Assembly: GCA_910592345.1 (NCBI GenBank)
Contig: CAJVPI010000320.1
Location: 1 to 35,537, forward strand
Direction: 5' to 3'
Source of the DNA: Paraglomus brasilianum
Lineage: Eukaryota
Length of the DNA: 35,537 nt
In this document: positions 23,044-35,537 of the stretch, piece by piece
How the letters are laid out: every line of letters begins with the position of its first letter
Position numbering within the stretch: position 1 is the stretch's first letter
Notes under the pieces: generated by a model
Told to the model about the DNA's origin: nothing
Database searches by the model: none
Seen by the model: only the letters and a program-made list of their open reading frames with translations
Translations under genes and position numbers: made by a program

Positions 23044-26000
23044 ACGAAAATGGTTTGGTAAACCGTAACTCTATCAGATTAGATTATTCAGTACTCACAA
23101 GCAGGTTATATACCGTAGAAATGGATGATATGTATCGTTATTAATACGAGCGGTGTTATTAATATACATATTCTTTATAGGATCTGAAATATAGATTATC
23201 AGTGGAAATGGTATGTTCATGACTATTCCGCATGTTGTTACATTTAGTTGAATTTGTTGTGTGAGCTGGTTGTTATCACCCAGCAAAGTATACTCTAATA
23301 TATTATTGAAAGACAATTACATTTTGCTGTCATCTTTCCCCTTTAATTAAGACTAACAGCTTATCTTACCACTACAAACAAAACCCGCAACATTCTCTTA
23401 GACTTCAGTGTGGTAGGTCATAAACATCTTTCACTAGTCTGACAATAACAGGTAATAAGAGTTCTCACTACCATCTGTTATATGCGATCGCCTTGGAGAG
23501 CGTCGTGTTCAATTATTGACTGGGGAATATTCTCAACTTAGCTCTAAACAGAACGTGCTCGCTTCAATTACTAATGTCGAAGGCGGCTACGTATATATTC
23601 ACCTTTGGCAATCTATGATTCAAACATGTGAAGTTCGAAAGTCTCTTGTTACCACATTTTTGTAGACGACTGTCAATAAACGTTGAATTTCATATTAACA
23701 TTGACCCATCTGGGATTTCGGGATTGTCACATTAGAATAATCTCTTGCAACATAATATGTGATAACGTCGTGACAATCTTGAAACGGGTCAAATCGCCGT
23801 AACACTGATATTGCTAGATGAGTTTATATTCATTATTCCAGGTTGTTAACCTATTCTTAAGCCGAACGACTATAAATAAAATACATTGTCGTTTATGATG
23901 TGCTCCATCAATTTATTTACCCAATTTAGCTGTCAGAAATATGGCAAAAGAACTATTGATTGTTGTGTTATAATGATCAGAGTAATGAATGAGCTTTATA
24001 CCTTATTTAATAACTTATGAGCAAAGGTTTTATTGCCATAAATTTGATAGAGTATCTCTTCACAAATACTTGTTTTATCAATCTCACTAAATTGATTAAC
24101 ATTTTATCCGAAGTAGAAATCCATTTCTCGACTATAAACCGCACAACCTTTCCCCAATTTTTAGATCAAATGTCATAAATTTTCTATGGGATTTAGGGCT
24201 GGACTATTGGCAAGCCGCGAATGGTCTTGCACTGTGTATTCAAATTTGATCAAGAAATTTTGTATTTGAATCTGACAGCAAAAAGCTAGGATTGAGCAAA
24301 ACAAAGGCTAAAACTTTTTTAACAGTCTACAAACAACCATAAGTGCTTACATTAAAGCATAAAAAGCCGCGAAACAAAATAATACATATTGGTGTTTTCC
24401 TGCCTCTTGTTTCTTAGTACAGTCGAACGCAAACCCTTGGAGATGTTGCATTAATATATATATATGTTTCTTTAAAGGAAAGATTTTCGCAATTACATGT
24501 CGTTTCTTGTCTAACTCTGGGAATTTAACCGGTTTGTATCAGATTCGTAACGTCTTCATTCAGACGTCATCACTGCTTTTTAGATCGAGACGGTTGATTC
24601 ATGAATTGTTATGTTCCAATCATGTTTGTTATGTTGCATTTGATATTTTTTCACCCCTCGCAATTCATCATTTTATCTACAATCTGACAATACTTACAGA
24701 GTTGTTGTGAGCTGAGACCAAAGGAGTGTGAATTAACCTATAAACAATATTATGTTGCGCAAAACCTAATTGTTGTATGTTGATCTCAACTTATTATTCT
24801 TGTAGAGCGAAACACGATCTGATAACAATTCACTCGCAATATAATTTAACATTGTGTTAATGTAATATTCTCATTATACAAATAATTGATGCAGAATTTT
24901 ATGTTGAAGTGAAAAGCACCTTTAAGAATCAACACCATGCTCGAGAATAACTGAAGCATTCCTGGCAAGGTAATAAATAAACCCAAAAGTTTATGTCAAA
25001 AGAAATATAAATTTATAGATATCAAATAATTTGACCGTGTTGCAACAATTGTATGGAATGCGATTCTAAATAGTCTTCCAATTAATCAATGAAAAACGGA
25101 CTGTATTTATAATTTTTTACCGCCGAACTTTATACAAATAAATTACATCTTTCAATAAAATTTCCTAATTAGAATTGATATATTTGTCGTACAGTATAAG
25201 ATTACCAGACTGAATATCTACCATCAGTAGAGATCATAATGAACCAGTTGAATATTTTTTAATCGTAAATGAATCCTTTCTAATATCCACCCCGTTAAAA
25301 TCAATCTTTCTCTATTAGCAACAGTGGTTACCATATTAATATTAATTATACCCTCGCATATATCAATTTTGAGAAAAATGCCTGATACAAGAAAGTTACA
25401 TTCGATAAAAAAAATAAGAAATGTTACGCTCGATATAGGAGCGAGTTTTTTACTAGCCCATTCACTCTTTATATTCCTGACGGAATTTGTTAGAAATAAA
25501 TCCTACATAATAATAATAATAATAATGCAATCCTGTAACGCGTCGAATAAGAAGATTTTCTCTTGTCCAATCATTTATTTGCAAGTAAATTGTTTACAAC
25601 ATATAACGAAGATCTACTAGAACAGCATATAGAAATGGAAAATAGTTAAACGCGCGTACCAATGCATTGATTAAATTTTAACTTTCTCTCCATTTAAAAG
25701 AGTTGTGGGAAAAAGTTTCTGATTTAAGAGAACGTCGGCATTAATCCCATTATAATTATAGATGATTGAAAGAGCTTTGGAATGCAAGTAGATAAAGGGA
25801 AGGGATTAGACCATAAAGTGCTCATAGATTGATTTCTTGCATTCGTAATCCCATTAGCCTTGATATCTAATTTTTTTCCCTGTTGTATCCTATACTTTAT
25901 TTCGTTGCAGTTAAAATATTGGTCGATACTTGTTTGTCGCATCATACTAGCTTTTCTCTCATACATCTCTCGAGAATATTGAAACCATCTGTCGACTGAT

Positions 26001-26868
26001 GGCCATTGATGTCTAAATAATACTGACCTGATGTTAGAAGACAACAAAATCACATTCTATTACGATAACAGACCTCGAGTGCCACTTGACATCAGAAAAT
26101 AGTTTGTTTGTTAAAGTGGGATAACTATCTATTCATGAATTTTTATTGGTGATGAACATTGTCTACCCATACAATCTGACAATTATTTTCACATGGCTGG
26201 GATTGTCAAGTCCATTGCCGAGATTGTTTTGGTCTAGCATACCTGTATGCACATTGCTTATTAATAGTGAAGTGAAAGATTAAGAAATAGAAGAATCCAA
26301 AGAAGAGAAATGTTGTAATTTCGCTGGGAAACAACCTGAAATCCTCGAATACTGGTAGCGTGAAAACGTTAATCCTGTCAGTAAGAAGATTGCATTCTAG
26401 GATTAAAGTATACATACTAATACTAATACGCCGTGAGCATCAGCTCCCACATTTAATGTTGAAACTCAACTCGTCAATCATAAATTTAGAAGTAGAGTCT
26501 TCGACAAATCTCAAGGTTGATTAACATGTGGCAATCGACTCGACACTTGACGTAGAGAACTTGCTCGAACTGGTTACTTGAAGTTTGGTGCATCTACAGA
26601 CAACATCATCCACAATTTCATTTACTTGATGCGTCAACGGGAGACATAATCTTCTATTCAAGGACTGCCATATTATACAGAATGACTAACGAGCGGATCA
26701 ATTACTAAGAGTATGAACATGAGGCAACCCTTTTTCCTATCATCCGTTACAAAGACACTAAATGCGATACGTTCGATATGCACAAAAAAGTCGCAAAAGA
26801 ACTTATTAAAGTAAGAGTACTACGTTTATTATCAAATGTAACACTCAAAATATGTGTTCGTCAACATC

Positions 26869-28000
<1,132 letters not shown>

Positions 28001-28153
28001 TATCTTTTAGATGGATGACAATGAAGTTAAAAGTGAGAGAGGAGGAAAAAAAGAGAATGGATACTGGTATTTATACGATCCAATGATCTGATAGAATTTT
28101 TTGTAATTCGACTATAAATAAATAGTAAATGTTTTGGTCCTCAGGTTATTATT
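28001..28153. promoter_or_regulatory. Compact bidirectional promoter region between RPS14 and the MBL gene
   Basis: The divergent ATGs at 28000 (-) and 28154 (+) are 153 nt apart, with a TATAAATA near 28113. Confidence 0.55.
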
Positions 28154-29633
28154 ATGTATGAGCATAAAGTCAAAGAGATAATTTTCCTTGGAACAGGCAT
28201 AGTGATCACATATTATATACAATAACATATGAATATGACCGTTTAATTAGAGATTCATGGTCTAACACTGTCGTTCTACGTAGGAACCTCTTCGGGAATA
28301 CCAGTAATAGATTGCTTAACGGACCCGAATTCCAAGTGTCTTACTTGTTTATCAACCCGCAAACCAAGAGGCGCTGTCAATATCAGAAAAAACACCAGTT
28401 TACTTATCCGAGTGGAGCATGACGATGGTCGACTGAGGTAAGTTTTGGGTTTCGTTTCATTGAAAATATCGAGGCGGACGAGAATTAATTGTTAGATCTC
28501 GTTATGCGAACTAACTTTCAGATGATCTTGAAAAACCATAGAAATATTGTAATTGATTGCGGGAAGAGTTTTTATGGTTGTTTGACCTTTTCTGCTAATT
28601 TGTGTCGTCAATTGGATGAGTTTAATTGTGAAATTGTTAATGTTTTGATTACTTGATTATTGGTAGAATCGGCATTAAAGTGGTGGCCTCATTATAAATT
28701 GAGAAGAATAGATGCATTGATATTGACTCATCCGCATGCAGATGCAATCAACGGTCTTGATGATTTACGAGCATGGACGCTAAATCAAAAGATCCAAGAA
28801 CATATCCCTGTTTATCTGACTAGTAATACTATGGAAGCTATTAAGATGACGTTTCCGTATATTGTTGATAATAGGCAGGCCACAGGTAGTGTGAATGGTA
28901 AGATAATTCAAGATGGCTTGTAACAGATAATGACACTATAAATCTTGTTATGTAGGGGGTGGGGATACACCTGCGTTCACTTATAGTATAATTGATGTAT
29001 CGACTCCATTCACCATAGAAGGCTTAGAGTTTGTTCCATTAGAAGGTACGATTCGATCGTTTGTGTAAATGTTTAACCATTATGACAATTCATTGGCTTA
29101 TCAATCATCTCCGTCATGATATACCATATAATTTTCAGCACATCATGGGGTGTACCTCACCACAAATGAGCCGTATATATATGTCGGTTTTAGATTTGAC
29201 AATATATCTTATGTCTCTGATTGTAATTTCATTCCCAAAGAAACATTGGGGAAAATGGAAGGAAGTGAAATCGTCATATTAGATGCACTTGATCGTAAGT
29301 ATTCAAAGGCTAATATTGTTTTCCGTATATATACACCAACATTATACTAACTCATGCAGATTTGCAGGTAACAAACACTCCTCTCATTTCTCAATAGATC
29401 AAGCGATAGATACAAGCCGAAATCTCAAACCTAAACCAAAGAGGACTTATCTAGTTGGTTTCGCACACAAAATAGAACATTATGCCCTTACTAGAGAAAT
29501 GGAAGAGCTCCAGCAGAATGAACCTGACTTATGGGTACGACCAGCCTATGATGGTTTGCGCGTTGGAATGGAAGAATTACTTCCAAAACAATCCTATTTT
29601 GGGCGAGTTTTACAATTAATATTTGGTGCGTAA
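28154..29633 (+). CDS. Metallo-beta-lactamase-fold hydrolase, PhnP-like (S. pombe C777.06c-type); multi-exon
   Basis: IIFLGT|GTSSGIP…RKNTSLLI…IVIDCGKSF…LTHPHADAINGLDDLR…VHHG…ISYVSDC…ILDAL…HSSHF…LVGFAH…PAYDGL. Confidence 0.9.
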
Positions 29634-29922
29634 GTTAGTGGGAAAAGCTACCTTCGCCCAACTTTTGGCCCGGGCTTTGAAGAAAAACTTTTTGTCGCTT
29701 CGTTAATTTAATTTGTCAAAGATAATGTGAGTCTTCGAATGAAAAATGGGTGTTTGACCCAATACCATATACGACAGTATAGAATAAAAGAATATTTTCA
29801 GTAATTGTGCTACGTGGCGATCGAAAATTCTATATGTGATATAACAAAATAACCGGTTGAGAACGATTTATTCTCTGTATATCGACATGAACATATTTCC
29901 CTTCTTGCCCCACTAGAGCTAT

Positions 29923-32900
29923 TCACGCAATCAATCCTGCATGTCTTAACAACGGTTTGATGTCGGCCGATTCACGTCCTCTAAATAATTTCCATACTTC
30001 TGCTGGATGTGTCCCCCCACCAAGTGATAACACTGTCTCTCGATATAATTTCCCAGTCCGCACTATCGCCTCAATCCTTTCCTTCCCTGCCAAACCTTCC
30101 ACTGCTTCCTCAAAAGCAGCATACGCATCGGCAGAGTATACTTCTGACCATTTATAGCTGATAATAAAATAATACTCATTACAATCGCGCAATAAAAAAA
30201 ATACTAACGTAAGTCGATTGATTTACCTGTAGTATCCGGCCGCATACCCTCCTCCGAAAATATGCAAGAAGCCACATAAAAACTTATCTTCAGGCATACG
30301 AGGAACAACAAGAATACGCTCTGCTATTTCTCTATCAAGATCAAAAATAGTCTTCTGTTCGGCACCATTATCCGATGGTGAAAAAGTCGAATATAAAGCC
30401 AAGTCACTAGATGCAAAGTGGAGCTGTGAACGCAGTAAAGATGGGAATAGTAATAAAATCTGATTAGCAATAGCATTTAATTAGGTCAAATAGACGCGGG
30501 AGTAGTTCTCTTCCCACCTGTCTTAACATATCTGTTGCAGCTAAGAACTTTCGACGGTTGACGAGAGAATCGACCATGTCCTGTGGCATTGGGTCACCCG
30601 ATACGTGATGGGCAGAGAGTCGTGCTATCCATTCTGGCTCGTAACAGAAGTTTTCCATAAATTGTGAGGCTACCTGCAATTCAGAATTACCGTTATTATA
30701 GTCCTAATGAAACACTATCATTATTTTTATAATTCTATATTTGTATCACCTCTACAAAATCCCTAAATAAACAAATGTTTATCAGTAATGAATATAACCA
30801 CGAAATTGTAAAGACTTTGAACGGTCAGTTCAATTCCAGCAAATACCATTCAATTCCTTTAATTCCAGATGCTTGAGAAAAATCAACAATCGTACACAAC
30901 TACGAAAAGAGAATCTCGTTATTTCCGTAAGATGACCTTAATAATGCAAGTTAATATTATGGAAGAAACTAATACTGACATGTTGAAGACAGTGTCCAAA
31001 CTCATGGAACACGGTTTTGACATCGGCAAAAGTCATTGTCGATGGAGGTCCAGACTTAGATGGCGGAGATTGGTTGCAAACCAAGTAAGCTAAGAAATCA
31101 ATGAGCTTGCGTAAAGATAGGTAGATAACGACTTTGTGATAAATGGATGATTAATGTCTCACCAACGGGAAGTCTGACTTCGCCCGTCTTTGGGTTTTTA
31201 TATCTTGCGCGTAAAATGTCCATCCACGCGCCAGAGCGTTTTTCTTCTATTCGACTAGTAAATAAATTTAACAATAACTCCCCCTATGCGTTCGGTAGTA
31301 AAGTTTTGCAACAAGTCCAAACTTACCAGTAAAAGTCGCCGTAAAAATAAGCAAGCGTTTCTCCACTATTCTTATCAGCAATCTTAAACACCTTAACCTC
31401 TTCATTCCAAGTACTTATTCCTTCTTTCTTTTGATCAACTTCATCAACTTTGACGTTCAAAACCTCCTCGACGAAAGAAAATAATCCACTAATTACTTTA
31501 TCAAAACTAAAGTATTGTGCAATATCGTCTTCGGAAAACCTCAATACGTGTTTACGGTATTGTTCCTTGATATAGTTAATGTCCCATGGCGCAAGAGGTG
31601 TAGGATGTCCGAGAGTATCCCTGGCAAAAACGGTGAGTTCTTCAATTTCTCGTTTACCTGCAGGAGAGGAAGCTGCGATAAGGTCCTCGATTAAAGCGTT
31701 GGCCGCCGAAGGTTTTGCCGCCATTTTTTGAGCTAGCGATACGGCGGCGTAATTTTCATAGCCGAGAAGCTTTGCTTCCTCTACGGAAATAATATTATGC
31801 TTAATTGTACAGTTCGAGTATTGATAGATATGACAAATCTGGGGGAATACCTTTACGAAGTTTAAGAATCTCGTTTATTACAGGTGCATTGTTAGTTTCA
31901 CCAGAAGATGCCCTTGTCATATACGCTCGATAAACCTACACACAAAACACAGATTAGTTACATAAAAAGACAAAGACAAGAATACATAGCGCGCTGAGTA
32001 CCTTTTCTCTGAGAGGACGGTTATCACATAACATCATAAATGGAACATAGACGGGTTGATCCAAAGTCACCACCCAAGGCCCCTTAACTATTGAAAATTG
32101 TCTCAGCTGCAGCTATAATCATGATTTCGTTATAATTGCCAAATCCCATGTATTCATACCGAAATCACCATCACTAAGGCCCTCTTTCTTAGCTGTCCCA
32201 GCCATTAATCTCAAAATACGCTCTGAACACCCTTCCAATTCCTTCCTGTCATTCACGATTTCCTTAAATGCCTTTGTAGAGTCCAACACGTTGTTTTGAA
32301 ATTTAAGATTCAGAAGAGATAATCTCTCCTTAATTTCGTTAAATCGATTCTTCTCTGGAGACTCTTCAGGTAGACCCACACCAGCAAGCTGCATTCCCTG
32401 AATTGTTTTATTGATTATTCTTTGTTGTACTGGGTTCAAGTTGGAAAATGAAGGACTGGAGACAAGAGCAGTCAGTGCTTTGTATTTCTTGAGAGATTGA
32501 CTCATCAAAAGCGCCAATTTTGTATGCTTAGCCTTGATGTGGAAAAAAAGGGTTGGCAAATTGATGAAAAAATTTGACCTTAAAACTGAACTAGGAAGTA
32601 GAGTTTTATTTCAAAAATTAAATCAGCTTACTTGAATGACTTCCATTGCTTGGCGAAGTTCTTCGGAATTACAAACACCATTAAGGTGAGAAACGATATT
32701 ATACGCGCAAAATACATCCTCATCAAGATCTTCAACTAAATTGCAAAGAAAAAAGTTACAAGTCAAACGACAGCAACCGCTATTTTTTGCATTGCACTCA
32801 AATTCTCTCATCGTCTTCATGACTTACCTAGTCCCATAGTTCCTTCCCAACTTGGTGTGAATTCATCTTCCCTCTTCTCAAATTCCGCCGAGACTCGCTT

Positions 32901-33167
32901 TACCAACAAATCAAATGCCGGCACGACAGGTGACGACTTAATCTCTGCAAAGTTTGGAAATTTATCCCAATTTAACAAAGGGTATTTCATTTCTTCAGGA
33001 GTTTTTGCAACCTTAAATTGGGCCATTATTCCATATGAAGCAGAGAGAGTGGGTAAAAATATTTGAGCAGGTCGAGATGTATAGTGCGTTGCTGGTAAGA
33101 ATAATAGGCAAGAAAAATGTGAACGAGCAGCGTTGCGGGAGAAAGGTAGACACCAAACGAGACGCAT
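29923..33167 (-). CDS. M3A metallo-oligopeptidase (oligopeptidase A/thimet-like) with putative N-terminal mitochondrial presequence; many exons
   Basis: VFHEFGHCLQH zinc motif (about 30980-31012); GIEW|[53 protein letters not shown]…FRGR…LLRHAGL*; KRSGAWMD. Confidence 0.93.
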
Positions 33168-33455
33168 CTCCAGAATTATTTGGGAGCTGATGTGAATATT
33201 ATCAATCCATTCACTTTTGTGTAACATCTTATGACACGATAGAGAAATAGGCAATTGATACATTTGTAGTAGCATGGACGGCGTGTGTGTTAACTGCTTT
33301 GCAGGCATCTTCTGAATGAGTACATTTTGAGAAATTAAGTGTTATGGTAAATCACCGACAGCAGGAACATACTTGATTACGACAACTATTTGGCAGACAG
33401 AGAGGTCAAACGCGAATTCAAATAATAATGCATATTATATCTCTATTTCGTACTC

Positions 33456-33995
33456 ACCACGGTCCCGGTTTATACGAGATCTTGTTAGAGTTAACCGTAT
33501 CATCGACAACATTATTCTTTGAAACTTCCTTGGGTCTAAACTGCTGAGGAGCCGACACAGTTCTTGCCGTCGTTATTCCCCAAATGATTGTAACTCGTAA
33601 TTTTCCAATGGGCTTAATGCCAGAATTAACCAAGAAATCGACCAAGACGGACTTGATTTGATGTCCCAACCGCCAAGGACAAGATCATTCGGGTGGGAAC
33701 GGATATAGACATCGTTACCCTTCTCATCAACACCGATTTTGAGAGGTGTCTTTATACCATCTTTGGTTCGCCAAGTGATATTGTGCCAATACTAGCTGTT
33801 AAAGTGGAACCATTGTTCCCTCCCCAACAGACCATCATCAACCTACGTTTTAATTTAAACTTCTTAAAAAAAGATGTGCAGCAAGTCAAGTCTAGGCACA
33901 TTTAATTCCGTTCTAAAAGTATACTTCGTGTGCTCGGGGATAACGTCAATACTTCCATCGTTCGTAGTTACGATGGCGTTATTGTATACATATGG
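33456..33995 (-). pseudogene. INO1: Myo-inositol-1-phosphate synthase pseudogene with multiple internal deletions
   Basis: Ordered fragments YTFRTELNVPRL / MMVCWGGNNGSTLTAS / NITWRTKDGIKTP / IGVDEKGNDVY / PNDLVLGGWDI / IKSVLVDFLVNSGIKP / SYNHLGNNDGKN / SAPQQFRPKEVSKNNVVDD, separated by deletions and frameshifts; the 3' part is missing. Confidence 0.9.
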
Positions 33996-34210
33996 GGCTG
34001 ATCGGTGTATCAGACGTTAGAGACATTCACTTTCAACCTACATTAAATCACATTTTAATTTTAAAGGATGTGCGCGCAAATAATTTGACTCACCGACTAG
34101 GCGAAAGTATTGAGATGTGTCGTTGTCGTTGCTATAAAATTCTTTATATTTAGGTAGAAATCGAGCATAGAAATGAGTTTTGTTTTGGCAAATTTGCTGA
34201 TACAAACACG

Positions 34211-34257
34211 CTCAATAGAAGGCCAACTCTCAATAGAAGGCCAACTTTCAATAGAAG
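34211..34257 (+). repeat. 18-bp tandem repeat (CTCAATAGAAGGCCAACT) x ~2.6
   Basis: Directly visible; possibly the terminus of another small DNA transposon. Confidence 0.85.
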
Positions 34258-34304
34258 TTTATTTGCAAACCATCATATTTTATTTTATTTTGAAACATAC
34301 TGTA

Positions 34305-34773
34305 CATACCCTGCCAGAACCACGAAAATTTACTAGTAAAACATATGGAATGTCTTTCTTTTCAAAAATCTCTCCTGCCCATGTGTACTATGCGAAGAAT
34401 AATTTTTTTTGTATGGTTTGGAAGATAATTGATTGTGCTTTTCCAAAAAATTAACAATAAATTTTTATAAATTATTGTTATAAAGCGGTAGCAAGTTGAA
34501 CTAGCTGTCTTTAAATCACGATATAAAGATATATAATTATATGTGTATAGCACGTATACTCACACTTCGTCAAGCTACTAGTTTATAACGATAAAATATA
34601 CTTTTTTTTTGTTATTTTTTCCGAAAAGCACAATCAATTAGCTTCCAAACCATACAAAAATTATTATCCTTCGTATAGTACACATGAGTAGGAGCGATTT
34701 TTGAAAAGAAAGACATTCCATATCTTTTACTAGTAAATTTTCGTGGTGATCACTCACTTCTGGCAGGGCACTG
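34305..34773. mobile_element. Tc1/mariner-type MITE (fold-back) with ~185-bp imperfect TIRs and TA target-site duplication
   Basis: About 34309-34492 is the reverse complement of about 34574-34768 (CCCTGCCAGAA…CACGAAAATTTACTAGTAAAA…TATGGAATGTCTTTCTTTTCAAAAATC…). The right end reads inward CAGTG-CCCTGCC. TA occurs at 34303-34304 and 34774-34775. Confidence 0.85.
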
Positions 34774-35537
34774 TATATGTGACATAAATGAGAGGCTGGT
34801 GTGGCTAATTTGACTAATGATTATTTTAATTCCTTACCAGCTGCAAAGGATTTAGATGACGTATTCCTCCCTGATTTCCGATCGTTCACGATGTTCAACT
34901 GACGACATCAGAGCATTAGAAAGTGTTGTCATGACAGCAGGATAATAGCAAATCTAATTAGTCAGCGCCGCTAAAAATAGATTAATTAGTGAGATCGAAA
35001 GATATAAAAGCAGCGCAAGTTTCAGCTAGAGCTCGGGGTGTTTTCGCTTCCTTGATCATTATCATTATATTATTATTTTGTGAATTGCATTTAATCGTAA
35101 TAGTAAGTGAAAGCCTTGATCACCAACTGTAAAGTAGATTTAATTATTGATAGGAGAGGCCACGCTCCGCCGACGATAGCTAAATCTCAAGTGTCGATTA
35201 CTAATCGCTCTTCTGCAGTAGTCGGCACGACATACACAAATTTATGTGAATTACAGTTTTAAATAACATTACGCCAAATTGTAACTTTATTGAGTAATCT
35301 TCTATCTAAAATTAATATAGGCTATCTCTATATAAAAATATAATTATAAAATTAATATTCATATAAGTTTCGGATTCCCGGATGACAATAGAAATGTTCT
35401 GACCCAAATCGCAATCTGACCCAATTCGAAATCGGGTCGACCCAAATCAAAATAAGCTCCGAGTGATATTTATTCGACATAATCACATAATTTATGCACA
35501 ACGATGTACACAACAGGGTACACAACAGAGTATATAT

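Noticed and set aside
23050..26750. Short ORFs in the PHF5A-RPS14 interval
   Set aside because: AT-rich, with no motifs or consistent exon chain; may be decayed repeats but cannot be supported.
28720..28770. HxHxDA instead of HxHxDH in the MBL motif
   Set aside because: To my knowledge this is usual for this eukaryotic PhnP-like subfamily, not a sign of inactivation.
35400..35450. Three GACCCAA(A/T)TC motifs
   Set aside because: Possibly transposon subterminal repeats, but too short and irregular to classify; not a CRISPR array.

Overview
AT-rich, intron-rich eukaryotic DNA with short (about 60-130 nt) GT-AG introns. It is most likely from an early-diverging fungus (Mucoromycota/Glomeromycotina-like; inferred from gene and repeat content). 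Intact spliced genes reconstructed by hand: a full-length ABCB/MDR (Ste6-like) transporter, a small heat-shock protein and a PHF5A/Rds3 gene (both missed by the ORF track), an RBM39-type splicing factor, an atypical TKL-like kinase, a SAP/HeH+SAM+coiled-coil protein, RPS14, a PhnP-like metallo-beta-lactamase and an M3 oligopeptidase. Decayed remnants lie between them: a packaging-ATPase (A32-like) relic with an LRR fragment, a PIF/Harbinger transposase, an AAA-ATPase-like fragment, WRAP73/WDR8 and INO1 pseudogenes, and a Tc1/mariner-type MITE. The two most interesting signals are (1) the C-terminus of a TnpB/Fanzor RNA-guided nuclease at the left edge, followed by hairpins that look like an omegaRNA scaffold, and (2) an unusually long, structured RPS14 intron whose 5' splice site is sequestered in a hairpin, a candidate autoregulatory element. 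All homology calls come from motif recognition by eye; no searches or folding programs were run.
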